Virus record (IMG/VR): IMGVR_UViG_3300036546_000172
Coordinates: 64,001-128,000 of that record
Length of the DNA stretch: 64,000 nt
Strand: one strand, 5' to 3'
Source: a virus
Lineage: Duplodnaviria > Caudoviricetes
Part shown: positions 1 through 9,651 of the stretch, one piece after another
Position numbering within the stretch: position 1 is the stretch's first letter
Layout: each line of letters begins with the position of its first letter
Position numbers and translations under genes: made by a program
The notes under the pieces: model-generated
Told to the model about the DNA's origin: nothing
The model's database searches: none
What the model saw: the letters and a program-made list of their open reading frames with translations, nothing else

Positions 1-232
1 TGTTGTGGACAACGAGGTAAGAGTTCGGGTTGCGATATAGATACTCTAATGCTGCAGAGGTGTGACCGGATTGTCTACCAAACGAGAACGACGTAACACA
101 CAGCTCAGCCCACTGTGCAATTCCACCGACAATAGTGTCTCTGTACTGATCATTCTTAAGCTCTGAGATCTTTAACATAGACTCCAGGATCTCGTAAACT
201 TTATATTCAACCGTCTGTGTGTAAAGTTTCAT
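1..232 (-). CDS. partial hypothetical protein running off the window edge, with a P-loop-like GRQSGHT motif
   Basis: Manual translation from the ATG at 232 (MKLYTQTVEYKVYE...FGRQSGHTSAA...) is open to position 1. Confidence 0.55.
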   Translation of the reverse strand, partial: MKLYTQTVEYKVYEILESMLKISELKNDQYRDTIVGGIAQWAELCVTSFSFGRQSGHTSAALEYLYRNPNSYLVVHN

Positions 233-240
233 ACCAAACC

Positions 241-501
241 TCAATACAAGTTTTCAGAAAATAACATGCCAGCAGCTGACACATCACGAATAATTTGTCC
301 ATTCTTCTCAGCAATCACCCATGCCTCTTCTCTATTATAGAACCGACCATACTGATCAATGAACCCCTGGATATGAGGATCAGAGCCTTTAACTCCCATA
401 TACGACATTTGAACATGCATATGTTGATCGAAGTGTCTTGCTCCGATCAACAGTGGTCCGTTCTCAAATTTGTTAGCTGCACAAACAATGCGTGGTTCCA
501 T
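241..501 (-). CDS. conserved phage hypothetical protein
   Basis: ORF with IVCAA...QGFIDQYGRFYNREEA pattern, packed in a minus-strand operon. Confidence 0.7.
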   Translation of the reverse strand: MEPRIVCAANKFENGPLLIGARHFDQHMHVQMSYMGVKGSDPHIQGFIDQYGRFYNREEAWVIAEKNGQIIRDVSAAGMLFSENLY

Positions 502-695
502 TACACACCCCAGATTACCCCAAGAATGAAGAGCAGTAGTCCTGATGTAATAGAGAATAGAACCAAAGCACCACCAATCAAATTATAATACTCAAACTTC
601 TTCTCACCCACAGCTTGTTTAACTGGAGTATCTATGAACATCATGACAATAGCTATTAGAGCTGTCGTCAATGTAATCTTAAACCAAATATCCAT
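501..695 (-). CDS. small membrane protein
   Basis: Two hydrophobic stretches; abuts neighbouring ORFs. Confidence 0.6.
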   Translation of the reverse strand: MDIWFKITLTTALIAIVMMFIDTPVKQAVGEKKFEYYNLIGGALVLFSITSGLLLFILGVIWGV

Positions 696-974
696 TTACC
701 ACCTCTTCGTTTTCACTTTAACCACATCATCCCAATACAGATTAGGGTAGCGCTTTTCATAGTATTGCACGGAGTTTGTGTTCTTGGTGCCATAGAGTTC
801 TAGTGTCATGGTATCACTGTAATGAATACCAATAAACTCCTTACCTTGCCAAACAACAGTGCCTCTATCGTCAATAGGCTCATTGATAGGCTCACCAGGA
901 ATATCCATAGATTCAATGACACGATGACACACAGAGAGATCACTTACATTAGCGTTATACTTGAAGACAATCAC
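696..974 (-). CDS. hypothetical protein
   Basis: Abuts uvsY and the next ORF. Confidence 0.6.
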   Translation of the reverse strand: MIVFKYNANVSDLSVCHRVIESMDIPGEPINEPIDDRGTVVWQGKEFIGIHYSDTMTLELYGTKNTNSVQYYEKRYPNLYWDDVVKVKTKRW

Positions 975-1463
975 TTACATACCTCCTTGGGTAAATCGTC
1001 GCCAATCTACCGCTACTTTACAATGGAAATTACGAGATTGAATCTCTTTCATGCACCGTTCAAGATAATCTACAATAGCTTTTTGAGTGCCAACGATCTC
1101 GCTCACCAGTATCATCTTTTCATCTGCTGACATGTATTTGTCAATGTCTCCTTTGAGTATCTTTTCATGCACCAGTCCATGAGTGGCGTAATACTGGTCT
1201 GTTTGTCGTCCCATCCAATATTTCCAGCGTTCCATCTTGACCTTTTCTCTGAAAGCGTAGAGCTCTTTAAGCGTCAAGGTATGATCAGTCAACAGCCCGT
1301 TGTACTTGTTCATAAGCTTGGGTGTATATAGAACCGCTGAGTCTAGATCAATATCATCTATTTCAAGATCTGTTTCTGCTTGTTTCTTGACCTTATCCAG
1401 AGATTGCCTCAGATCATCTCGAAGCTCTTCCAGGTCAGAACGCGCTTTGTCACTGAGCATCAT
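975..1463 (-). CDS. uvsY: recombination mediator UvsY
   Basis: Coiled-coil protein ending in EIQSRNFHCKVAVDWRRFTQGG, as in T4 UvsY; next to uvsW. Confidence 0.9.
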   Translation of the reverse strand: MMLSDKARSDLEELRDDLRQSLDKVKKQAETDLEIDDIDLDSAVLYTPKLMNKYNGLLTDHTLTLKELYAFREKVKMERWKYWMGRQTDQYYATHGLVHEKILKGDIDKYMSADEKMILVSEIVGTQKAIVDYLERCMKEIQSRNFHCKVAVDWRRFTQGGM

Positions 1464-1956
1464 CTACTCCGTACTGTTCATTGATGATCTCGCCATCGGC
1501 AGTAACCACTTCAAATTGATTATATCGTAGAGTAGCGTCAAATGTCAACACTGTAGATTCATCTAAAGATGTATACTCGATAGCTGAGATGTTAGTGATG
1601 AAGCAATCCTTGTATATGAATTTGGTAGATGGTTGATTCTGAGAGTCTAGTGAGGTGAGTTCACATGTTCGCGCCAGATCTGGGAATATGGTCTGTTTGG
1701 CATTCTTCAATTGAAGCATCCATTTGTAACAGTCCAGCCACTCACGGTGATCCTCGGATAGAAGGAATTGAACAATGAGTGGCGCTGTGTCAATCTTGTT
1801 GGATGGCACAAACAGATCTTTAGGTCGCGCACCATACAACGTTTCACCTAAGGTTAGATCGGCAATGTTAGATGACTGTACGCTGTATGTCACGTCTCGG
1901 TTGTCGCCGAACACGAATAGGTAGTTGGTGGTGCGTGAGGCGTTTCTTTGTTTCAT
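1450..1956 (-). CDS. tail completion / tail tube terminator protein, gp3-like
   Basis: Tail-tube-fold pattern (FLLSEDHREW...YKWM; LTFDATLRY); T4-like gp3-uvsY-uvsW synteny. Confidence 0.75.
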   Translation of the reverse strand: MKQRNASRTTNYLFVFGDNRDVTYSVQSSNIADLTLGETLYGARPKDLFVPSNKIDTAPLIVQFLLSEDHREWLDCYKWMLQLKNAKQTIFPDLARTCELTSLDSQNQPSTKFIYKDCFITNISAIEYTSLDESTVLTFDATLRYNQFEVVTADGEIINEQYGVDDAQ

Positions 1957-2009
1957 GATATTCTCTGTGATAAATGAATGTGTATCAATTTATTCGGAGC
2001 ATAACGATT

Positions 2010-2402
2010 ATGCAGACATTTGCGCAATTTATCAACGAGACGCCGTCATTCTCTGCGTTCTTGATCTCACGTGTCTCTATGCCCCAGATTCGCAACGTCT
2101 CTGATTTCGGTCAATTCTTGGACCAGTTAGGTGTCAGCGGAACATACACTGAAATAGATCCTCAAAATTATAATCCTACTCAAACAGACTTTGATCAATC
2201 TAAGGTGGATCGACTGATCGCAGCTGAGGACCAGGAGACTACCCCTATCATCGTCAGTGAGGATAATTTCGTAGCTGACGGTCATCATCGATTTTATGCC
2301 GCGCTTCAGTCTAGTAGTACGGTTCAAGCTCTGATAGTAAATCTGCCTATCAACAAACTGTTAAAACTCATGTACGATTATACTGAGCTAAGAAATGGCT
2401 GA
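2010..2402 (+). CDS. ParB/Srx-like nuclease-domain protein with an N-terminal capsid-targeting-like sequence
   Basis: PTQTDFDQSKV...PIIVSEDNFVADGHHR; likely start MQTFAQFINE after a GGAG RBS. Confidence 0.75.
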   Translation: MQTFAQFINETPSFSAFLISRVSMPQIRNVSDFGQFLDQLGVSGTYTEIDPQNYNPTQTDFDQSKVDRLIAAEDQETTPIIVSEDNFVADGHHRFYAALQSSSTVQALIVNLPINKLLKLMYDYTELRNG

Positions 2403-3534
2403 TATCACCATTACCAAAATAAGCGATGTTTGGATGAAGGTTGTGTGCTCCGAACGCTGGATGGAGCTCGATCTGAACGATCGCTTCAAATTCGAGGTGC
2501 CAGGCGCTAAGTTTGATCCACGCGTGAGAGCTGGTAAGTGGGATGGATTTAAGAAGCTCTATAACAGAAAGACTCGTCGGATGTACACCGGTCTTCTGTT
2601 CAAGCTTTTAATGTTTTGTGAAGACAAGAAACTGACATACCACATCGATCCTGACCTGGTACCGCCTGGTGATGAGATTGATGATGAGGATTTAGACCAA
2701 TTGATCTCGTTGATTCAGCCTCACTCTGATGGTCATCCGGTCAATCCATACGATTACCAGCGCGAGGCTGTTAAGTACATGCTCAGTATGGATCGATCTA
2801 CAATTCTGGCAGCTACATCAGCTGGTAAGAGTCTCATACTGTACCTGGCCATTCGCATATATCAGTTGCTTGATGAGATGCAGGACAAGACAATCTTTGT
2901 CATTGTACCATCCACTTCATTGGTTGAGCAGCTATACTCAGATTTCGAAGACTATTCTTCATTCAAGGATTCTAACTGGACGGTCAGCTCCCACGTCCAG
3001 AAGATATCTGGCAAATATTCAAAGTTTGTGAACAAGCAGGTAGTCGTTACAACCTGGCAAAGTCTAGACAAATTACCGCACAGTATCTATGAAGATCTGG
3101 GTGCGGTGTTTGTGGATGAGACTCATACGGCATCTGCTAACATTTTGACTAATATTTTGGAGCGATGTACTACCACTCCTCATCGTCATGGGTTGACGGG
3201 CACTTTAGATGGCTCCGAGTGTTTGCACGGCGATTCAGAAGTAAGAATGCATGATAATTCATTAAAGAAAATAAAAGATATTGTTGTGGGTGATTTAGTA
3301 AAAACCTTAAATGAATCTACTGGGGAAATAGAAAATAAAGAAGTTAAATATATATATAAGAATCTATCAATTTCAAAAAAGGAAAGAAGATTTGAAATTG
3401 AGTTTGAAAATGGAAAGGTTCTTAGATTAACAGGAAATCATAAGGTATTTGTAAGATCATATGGGTGGAAAAGAGCTGATCAGCTTGAAGAAGGTGATGA
3501 TATCATTTGTGTAGAGGAGTATTATGAATTATAA
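2395..3534 (+). CDS. uvsW: UvsW helicase N-terminal part fused to the N-half of a split intein (IntN begins at 3220)
   Basis: SF2 motifs ATSAGKS, DETH and GLTGT, then CLHGDS...LTGNHK intein blocks A/B and a stop. Confidence 0.93.
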   Translation: MADITITKISDVWMKVVCSERWMELDLNDRFKFEVPGAKFDPRVRAGKWDGFKKLYNRKTRRMYTGLLFKLLMFCEDKKLTYHIDPDLVPPGDEIDDEDLDQLISLIQPHSDGHPVNPYDYQREAVKYMLSMDRSTILAATSAGKSLILYLAIRIYQLLDEMQDKTIFVIVPSTSLVEQLYSDFEDYSSFKDSNWTVSSHVQKISGKYSKFVNKQVVVTTWQSLDKLPHSIYEDLGAVFVDETHTASANILTNILERCTTTPHRHGLTGTLDGSECLHGDSEVRMHDNSLKKIKDIVVGDLVKTLNESTGEIENKEVKYIYKNLSISKKERRFEIEFENGKVLRLTGNHKVFVRSYGWKRADQLEEGDDIICVEEYYEL

Positions 3535-4402
3535 AAGGATATACAATGAGTTAATATCAAATGCTCTGGAGAGGAATATTGAAGATGGCGTGTATTATGA
3601 GAAGCACCATATTGTTCCTAGATCGTTGGGAGGAACTGATGATGCGATTAATCTTGTTTGTTTAACCGCTAGGGAACATTTTGTTGCACACTGGCTTTTA
3701 TGGAAATTTAGTGAAGGAAGAGACAAATATAAGATGGGGCATGCTTTCTTTAGAATGTGTTACCATAATTCAGATAATAGAAAGATAAAGTTAAAACCAA
3801 GAGATTATCAATATGCGCGAGAAGCACATAGAGAGTCTGCAAGATATTTTCACACCGGTAAAAAGTTATCTGAAGAACAAAGAAAAAGAAGAAAGACCCA
3901 CAACCCAAATGCAAGAAAATGTATAATAGAAGGGAAAGAGTTTAACGCCATTTCATTAGCTGCAGAGTATTATGGTGTCACTTCAGCTAAAGTAAGAAGA
4001 TATCTTGATGGAGATGGAACTTTAGAGTGGTTAAAAGGAGAAACAAGGTATGCGAACAAGGAAATAGAGAACAAGGTATACATCAACAATACAAATAATG
4101 GAAGAAATCACAAGATAACAGAAGATGGAAGAAAACGTGTTATAGAGTCAAATAAGAATAGAAAATGCAGTGAAGAAACTAGAAGAAAGATAGGCGAAAA
4201 AACAGCAAAGAATACATATATTGTACATCCAGACACAAAAGATATTATTATAGTGAGGGGTAGGAAATCTTGGTGTGAAGATAACGGATATAGCAAAAGT
4301 ATGCTACATAATATTGTAAATTCAGAGAACCCTATCCACAAAGGAGAATATATAGGGTATTATGTATATTCTGAGGAAGAATATGAAAATAAAAAAGATT
4401 AA
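3524..4402 (+). mobile_element. free-standing HNH homing endonuclease between the split-intein halves
   Basis: EKHHIVPRSLGGTDDAINLVCLTAREHFVAH; NUMOD-like GKKLSEEQR tail; AT-rich; overlaps both flanking ORFs. Confidence 0.9.
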
Positions 4403-5237
4403 AGAAACTTATGATGATTATGAAACATACAATCTTCATATTGAAGATAATCATAATTATTTTGCTGAAAGTGTTCTAGTTAAAAATTGTAATGAGATGG
4501 TGATTGAGGGACTGCTTGGTCCGGTTAAGAGGATTGTAACGTCACGCGAAATCATAGATCAGGGACGCGCCTCGGACATTGAGGTCAGAATGTCTATGGT
4601 TGAATATCCGCAGTCTGTTTTATATGAGTTAAAAGCCGCCTGTGATCAACTGCCTCCTAAGCAGAGATACGCCAAGGAGATTGAGTTCATCAACAGTTAC
4701 GAACCTCGCTGCAGATTCTTATTGGACATGATTCAGTCTATGCCAGGTAATTCTCTGGTGCTGTTTGATCGAGTAGAAGGATACGGTAAGGAATTGTATG
4801 AAGCTCATCTGCAGGTACATGAGCATGTGTTTCTTATTGTAGGTGATGTAGATGTAGATCGACGTGAAGAGATACGTCAGATCATGGATCAATATGACGA
4901 TGCAGTAATCTATGCCAGTTATGGCACGATGCAGCAGGGGGTCAGCATCAAGAAACTGCATAACCTGTTTCTGATTTCATCATCTAAGTCTGTGATTCGA
5001 ATCTTACAGTCTATTGGTCGAATGATGCGATTGCATGATTCTAAATCCAAGGCTCGGATTTTCGACATCGTGGATAATATGACTATCGATGGAAAAGAGA
5101 ACTACGTGTTGAAGCATGCACAAGAGAGAATCGGAATGTACAGTCAGCAGCAGTTTCCAATCGAATTTGATCAATATTCAATTTCACGATATATCGAAGA
5201 ACCTTCTGAGACTAATTCTCTCCAATTCTATGACTAA
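4383..5237 (+). CDS. uvsW: split-intein C-half (35 aa, 4383-4487) fused to the UvsW C-terminal part
   Basis: MKIKKIK...TYNLHIEDNHNYFAESVLVKN|C, then helicase motifs GVSIKKL and QSIGRMMR. Confidence 0.92.
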   Translation: MKIKKIKETYDDYETYNLHIEDNHNYFAESVLVKNCNEMVIEGLLGPVKRIVTSREIIDQGRASDIEVRMSMVEYPQSVLYELKAACDQLPPKQRYAKEIEFINSYEPRCRFLLDMIQSMPGNSLVLFDRVEGYGKELYEAHLQVHEHVFLIVGDVDVDRREEIRQIMDQYDDAVIYASYGTMQQGVSIKKLHNLFLISSSKSVIRILQSIGRMMRLHDSKSKARIFDIVDNMTIDGKENYVLKHAQERIGMYSQQQFPIEFDQYSISRYIEEPSETNSLQFYD

Positions 5238-5288
5238 GGTATATCCTAACTTACCTATGCTTGTAAAATTGGAGAGCGATAGAGAGAT

Positions 5289-5549
5289 TCAGTCTCTCGT
5301 TTGATTAAACATAGCAGCCATAGCCTGTTGAACGTTGCTGCATCGAATCACACCTCTTTTCATATACTGATCAATTTCTGATCTTGTGATGTTATGATCA
5401 CTCATGAAAGCAGTTTGAATCTGAATATCTGACTCATATCGATGACGATTAGTCTCATTGCGGTTGTGCTCAAACAGATATTCAGATTCACGAGTGTTGT
5501 CACTCAATGTCATGTACTGCTTGATGATGTTCTGTCTTTTGTTATCCAT
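5289..5549 (-). CDS. hypothetical protein
   Basis: ORF downstream of and overlapping the RNase H gene; probable start MDNKRQ. Confidence 0.5.
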   Translation of the reverse strand: MDNKRQNIIKQYMTLSDNTRESEYLFEHNRNETNRHRYESDIQIQTAFMSDHNITRSEIDQYMKRGVIRCSNVQQAMAAMFNQTRD

Positions 5550-6021
5550 GAACGGTAATCCTCTTACAAAGTTCATCTACTCTTTCATTCTCCGGAATTC
5601 CAGAATGACCTCTGATCCATTGGAAATAAAGAGATCCGTATTTCCTTTGATGTGCTAGCTCATACAAAGTCTTCCAGAGTTCAACGTTCTTGGTCTTTTG
5701 GTAATTAACCAGTCTCCAATTATGAACCCACTCGTTGATCCCCTTGACACAATATTGAGAGTCTGAATAGACTGTAATGTGACATTCTAGTCTATTGACA
5801 TCAGACTGTTCTATAAGAGAATTGATATACTGCAGCGCTTTGATGATGGCGGTAATCTCCGCCACGTTACCCGTCCGTTGCCCAGACAGTATTTCTTGGT
5901 AATCTTCTATGAAGAATTCATCGTCAATTTTAATCAGGTATGCATAAGAACATTTATTATTCTTACTTCGGTTAATCGAGCCATCAGTCCATATTTTAAT
6001 ATTCATACAAAGATTCCACAA
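5542..6021 (-). CDS. rnhA: ribonuclease HI
   Basis: IWTDGS, NVAEITA, YSDSQY, KNVELW and WIRGHSGIPENERVDEL motifs. Confidence 0.93.
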   Translation of the reverse strand: MWNLCMNIKIWTDGSINRSKNNKCSYAYLIKIDDEFFIEDYQEILSGQRTGNVAEITAIIKALQYINSLIEQSDVNRLECHITVYSDSQYCVKGINEWVHNWRLVNYQKTKNVELWKTLYELAHQRKYGSLYFQWIRGHSGIPENERVDELCKRITVHG

Positions 6022-6042
6022 AAAGACAAAGAGAAAGAAAAG

Positions 6043-6109
6043 ATATTATTTAAATAATTATTAGAATCAAATGAAATTTTAATTAGTTTCTTAATTATTT
6101 AAATAATAT
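6043..6109. repeat. 18-bp perfect inverted repeat in an extremely AT-rich intergenic tract; possible replication origin
   Basis: atattatttaaataatta (6043-6060) / taattatttaaataatat (6092-6109); each arm contains the palindrome attatttaaataat. Confidence 0.6.
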
Positions 6110-6306
6110 TTAATTAGTAATGTAAATTAAAATAGATGATCATATCATCCTGTTATATTATCAGCACTCTCTTTTATCCCCTAGTATGAATATAATGCTG
6201 CTTCCTCCGAGAAAATCAAGGTCAAAAACTGAAATTTAATGAAAATTTAATATTTGCATTTCATCTCGTATGAGTCTATCATATCAAATCACGAAGGGGA
6301 GGCAGT

Positions 6307-7026
6307 ATGAAACTAACAAAAGAAATAGATAGTGTCGATGATGTTGAATTCGAACTCATTGAAAGCGGTAGACTTAAACCATCCAACGGTGGCAATTATG
6401 TCAACAACAAAGAATTGTACCAGGAATTTATAGAGTACACGAAGAAAAAGCAAGCTCTGTTTGATGAGTTTTTGATCCAGGTACATTCTGAGTTTCAAAT
6501 TCAATCGCCTGATGAACTGAAAGATAGTCAGCGTAAAGATTACCAGAAGCGCATCAAAGAATTCAGACCACCACGCTTGACAAACAAGATCGGAGCGGCT
6601 ATTATCCAGATTGCTACACGTCGTTGCAACGCGCGGCAGTTCGTAGGATATTCCAACAACTGGAAAGAAGAGCTGATTGCTAATGCGATCATGACAGCTA
6701 CCATCCGGTGTCATAATTTCAATCCAGAAAAAAGTGATAATCCATTTGCATACTTGACTCAGATTTGCAACAACGCTATACTGGATCAGCTGAAGAAGGA
6801 AAAGCGTCAGTTGTATATTCGATACAAGTCGATGGAAGAGGCCGACGGTTTTGTCGGTGAGGTAGACGAGAACAACATGGATGAAAGTGAATTGCATCAC
6901 ATGATGGACAGCGCACCTTCAGATCAGCGACGCAAGTACATTGAAGATTATGAAGCATCGAACTTCACCAAGAAGGAAGATGCAAAAGACGAGCCAGATG
7001 ATGGCGTCATGAGTTTTGTAGATTAG
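6307..7026 (+). CDS. 55: late-transcription sigma factor gp55
   Basis: NYVNNKELY, NFNPEKSDNPFAYLTQICNNA and an acidic C-terminal tail. Confidence 0.93.
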   Translation: MKLTKEIDSVDDVEFELIESGRLKPSNGGNYVNNKELYQEFIEYTKKKQALFDEFLIQVHSEFQIQSPDELKDSQRKDYQKRIKEFRPPRLTNKIGAAIIQIATRRCNARQFVGYSNNWKEELIANAIMTATIRCHNFNPEKSDNPFAYLTQICNNAILDQLKKEKRQLYIRYKSMEEADGFVGEVDENNMDESELHHMMDSAPSDQRRKYIEDYEASNFTKKEDAKDEPDDGVMSFVD

Positions 7027-7038
7027 TTGGAGATACAC

Positions 7039-7392
7039 ATGAATGCTTATGAACGTGAACAGTTGCGGGATGTTACAGCTCAACTCAACGAATCATTGAC
7101 AGGAGTGGACTTCAGCACCACTTTCAGTGTCGTATTCTTTCGTCGTCTAGCTGTCAGGTTGAAAGAAACACTCGGGCTCTCATATCCGAACGCGATCAAA
7201 GTTGCTAGCAAGGCCAAGTGCGACGTGCAACTGCTGATCGAAACTGATGAGGATCGAGACGTATTGTACGAGATGGTTGAGCTATATATCCATTCAATTA
7301 CATCTATTGCTGATGAGATATGTGACGATGACTCAGTAATGGTTGACGTTCTTGAGAATATAGTGTCGCAGTCTCACGTGACTTTTTCATAA
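7039..7392 (+). CDS. hypothetical protein
   Basis: ORF with a GGAG RBS, between gp55 and the nucleotidyltransferase gene. Confidence 0.6.
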   Translation: MNAYEREQLRDVTAQLNESLTGVDFSTTFSVVFFRRLAVRLKETLGLSYPNAIKVASKAKCDVQLLIETDEDRDVLYEMVELYIHSITSIADEICDDDSVMVDVLENIVSQSHVTFS

Positions 7393-7400
7393 GGTGTGAA

Positions 7401-8285
7401 ATGAGTAATATCAAATCGCTGTACAAATCAAAACACATTAAGAACATTGAGCCTTGGATCGTTGAGAATATCCAATACGAGACTATCATGGGATCTCAAG
7501 CCTACGGAGTCTCCTCTGATAACAGCGATCTGGATCTGTACTCATTCACTGTACCTCCTCGTGGAATAGTGTTTCCTCACACTCAAGGGTTCATATCGGG
7601 GTTTGGCAAGCAACCTCCAAATTTCAAAGTGTATCAACAGCACCACATTGAGACAGATGGCGTGTCTCACGATATCAACGTGTACAACATCGTCAGCTAT
7701 TTCCAGTTATTGATGGACAATAATCCCAATCTGATTGACAGTCTCTTTACACGCACACAGTCTGTGACTCATTCAACCAAGATTGGCAACATGGTGAAGG
7801 ATCAACGTCGTATTTTCCTGCATAAGGGAGCATGGCACAGGTTTAAAGGCTATGCTTACGCTCAGATGAAGAAGCTCAGGAGCAAACACGTTGAACCTGA
7901 GAGTAAGCGCTTTGAATCCATCATGAAATATGGCTACGATGTCAAGCACGCGTATCACGTAGTTCGTCTCCTGAATGAGGTTGAGCAGATCTTGATGTAC
8001 GGTGATATTGATCTCATGCAGAACAACGACCAGTTAAAAGATGTGCGTAATGGTGAATGGTCACTGGAGTTCTTGGAACAATATTTCGAGACCAAGGAGG
8101 TTGCGCTTGAGAAGTGTTATCACCAATCGGAGTTGCAGAAATATCCAGACGAGACTAGAATTAAGCAATTATTACTAGATTGTCTGGAAGAATTCTATGG
8201 CCAGGTTAGCGAAGAGGAGGTGCGTTTAGTGTCTGAGCACGAACGCGCCATTGAAGAGATTAAACAGATCATGAGGAAGCTATAA
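7401..8285 (+). CDS. nucleotidyltransferase (Pol-beta superfamily, T4 NrdC.11/RlaP-like)
   Basis: GSQAYGVSSDNSDLD, NNPNLID and GYDVKHAYHVVRLL. Confidence 0.85.
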   Translation: MSNIKSLYKSKHIKNIEPWIVENIQYETIMGSQAYGVSSDNSDLDLYSFTVPPRGIVFPHTQGFISGFGKQPPNFKVYQQHHIETDGVSHDINVYNIVSYFQLLMDNNPNLIDSLFTRTQSVTHSTKIGNMVKDQRRIFLHKGAWHRFKGYAYAQMKKLRSKHVEPESKRFESIMKYGYDVKHAYHVVRLLNEVEQILMYGDIDLMQNNDQLKDVRNGEWSLEFLEQYFETKEVALEKCYHQSELQKYPDETRIKQLLLDCLEEFYGQVSEEEVRLVSEHERAIEEIKQIMRKL

Positions 8286-8749
8286 TGAGTGATAGAGCGG
8301 AGTTTGAGAAGTATTTTCGGCGACCCGACGGTGTGTTTTGGGATAATGAATTTTGCCGGTATGAAGCTAATGAAATGGAGTATGAGCTTGACGCAGATGA
8401 GTATAATACGATGTGTCAGGTCTGGGAAGCTGCTTGTGCCCAAAGTAGGCAGGATGTGGAGCGGGTGACAAACGACCGTAGAGCTTTCTGGCAAGAGCTT
8501 CAGTCGTTCGTTGATGACTATGTAAGCGGCTACGAATTTCAGGGAGACGGTGACTATACGCCAAACGAAAAAGAGCAGTTCTTGATTGAGGATTACGTAG
8601 CCGGACTGCTGTATGAGTTGCGTCAGGAGGGTTATTTCTACGCCCAACCTCAGCTACAAGGTCAGCAAGGGAGTGTGTCGGATTACGTAAACAAGGCATT
8701 TCAGAGACTCATTGAGAATGGTGGCAACCTTGGTCCAGCAAGCAGATAA
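8285..8749 (+). CDS. modular hypothetical protein
   Basis: MSDRAEFEK...VWEAA...QQGSV modules. Confidence 0.6.
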   Translation: MSDRAEFEKYFRRPDGVFWDNEFCRYEANEMEYELDADEYNTMCQVWEAACAQSRQDVERVTNDRRAFWQELQSFVDDYVSGYEFQGDGDYTPNEKEQFLIEDYVAGLLYELRQEGYFYAQPQLQGQQGSVSDYVNKAFQRLIENGGNLGPASR

Positions 8750-8927
8750 AGACGCTTTGGTAGTTGTTCAATACCGGCGTGAGTTCCTTACCACACCCCA
8801 GCCAGAGGGAGGCCATAACAATGAGCATTAAGTGCAAGCCATTAGATATACATCTCCTTCAAAGCCTTCTGGCTTACGATCCGGTTACCAGTCTCAAGTG
8901 CCCACAACCACCACAGGAGGGTGAGTG

Positions 8928-9188
8928 ATGGCAAAGGCAATAGCGCGACTCTGCGATATGAGAGAAGGCAAGGCCCTTCAGTTATTCGTTGAAGACGATG
9001 GCGATGTGATCGTGTCCGTTATCCCAGAGGATGGGATCTATGCAAGAGGCGTCCAATTCTGCGTTTCTGGATCTCAGTCACGCCGCACGGTTCGTGCATT
9101 ACATGAGCTTTTCGAGGCGATGGCCGAAGACGAGAAATCACTGCCCCATGGCGTTGGCATGAGGTTGGAGGACGAAGGCGATGAGTGA
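8928..9188 (+). CDS. hypothetical protein
   Basis: GVQFCVSGSQS motif; overlapping start and stop with neighbours. Confidence 0.6.
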   Translation: MAKAIARLCDMREGKALQLFVEDDGDVIVSVIPEDGIYARGVQFCVSGSQSRRTVRALHELFEAMAEDEKSLPHGVGMRLEDEGDE

Positions 9189-9450
9189 TGTGAGAGATGC
9201 GTTTGAGAAGTGGTACGTAAACAACTTTAATAGAAGGCCGACAGAAGTTGGTTATGAAACTGATATCTGCTGGCAGGCATGGCAAGCCGCCCGCGCCAAG
9301 AAAGTGCGTGTACCGGAGGGATGGAAGTTGGTGCCGGTTGAGCCAGATGAGTATATGCGTAATGCTGGAGTAAGTGCATTTTGTGGGGGTGGGAAGGTGT
9401 TTCAGGCCATGGTCAATGCCGCCCCACAACCACCACAGGAGGGCGAGTGA
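9181..9450 (+). CDS. modular hypothetical protein
   Basis: AWQAARA, VPEGWKLVPVEP and AAPQPPQEGE modules. Confidence 0.65.
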   Translation: MSDVRDAFEKWYVNNFNRRPTEVGYETDICWQAWQAARAKKVRVPEGWKLVPVEPDEYMRNAGVSAFCGGGKVFQAMVNAAPQPPQEGE

Positions 9451-9651
9451 TGATTTCAGCGTACATCCCGAAGGTGGGTGATCCGTGCGAAATACGGAGT
9501 AACGGGGTCAAGTGGAGGTCATCTTGGGTCAAAGTGCAGTTGTTGTTTGCGACGGATCAGATTTTTGTTTTTGAACTCGCAGCGTCAGGAAATCATTTTT
9601 GCGTGAGACTTGGCGAAGTTGAGATTCGAGAACCACAGTAGGACTCAAGTG

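Noticed and set aside
3220-4487. Frameshift or assembly error, or an RNA intron, breaking uvsW
   Set aside because: Both halves have proper split-intein termini and IntC has its own start and RBS; the intervening gene is an intact HNH in another frame
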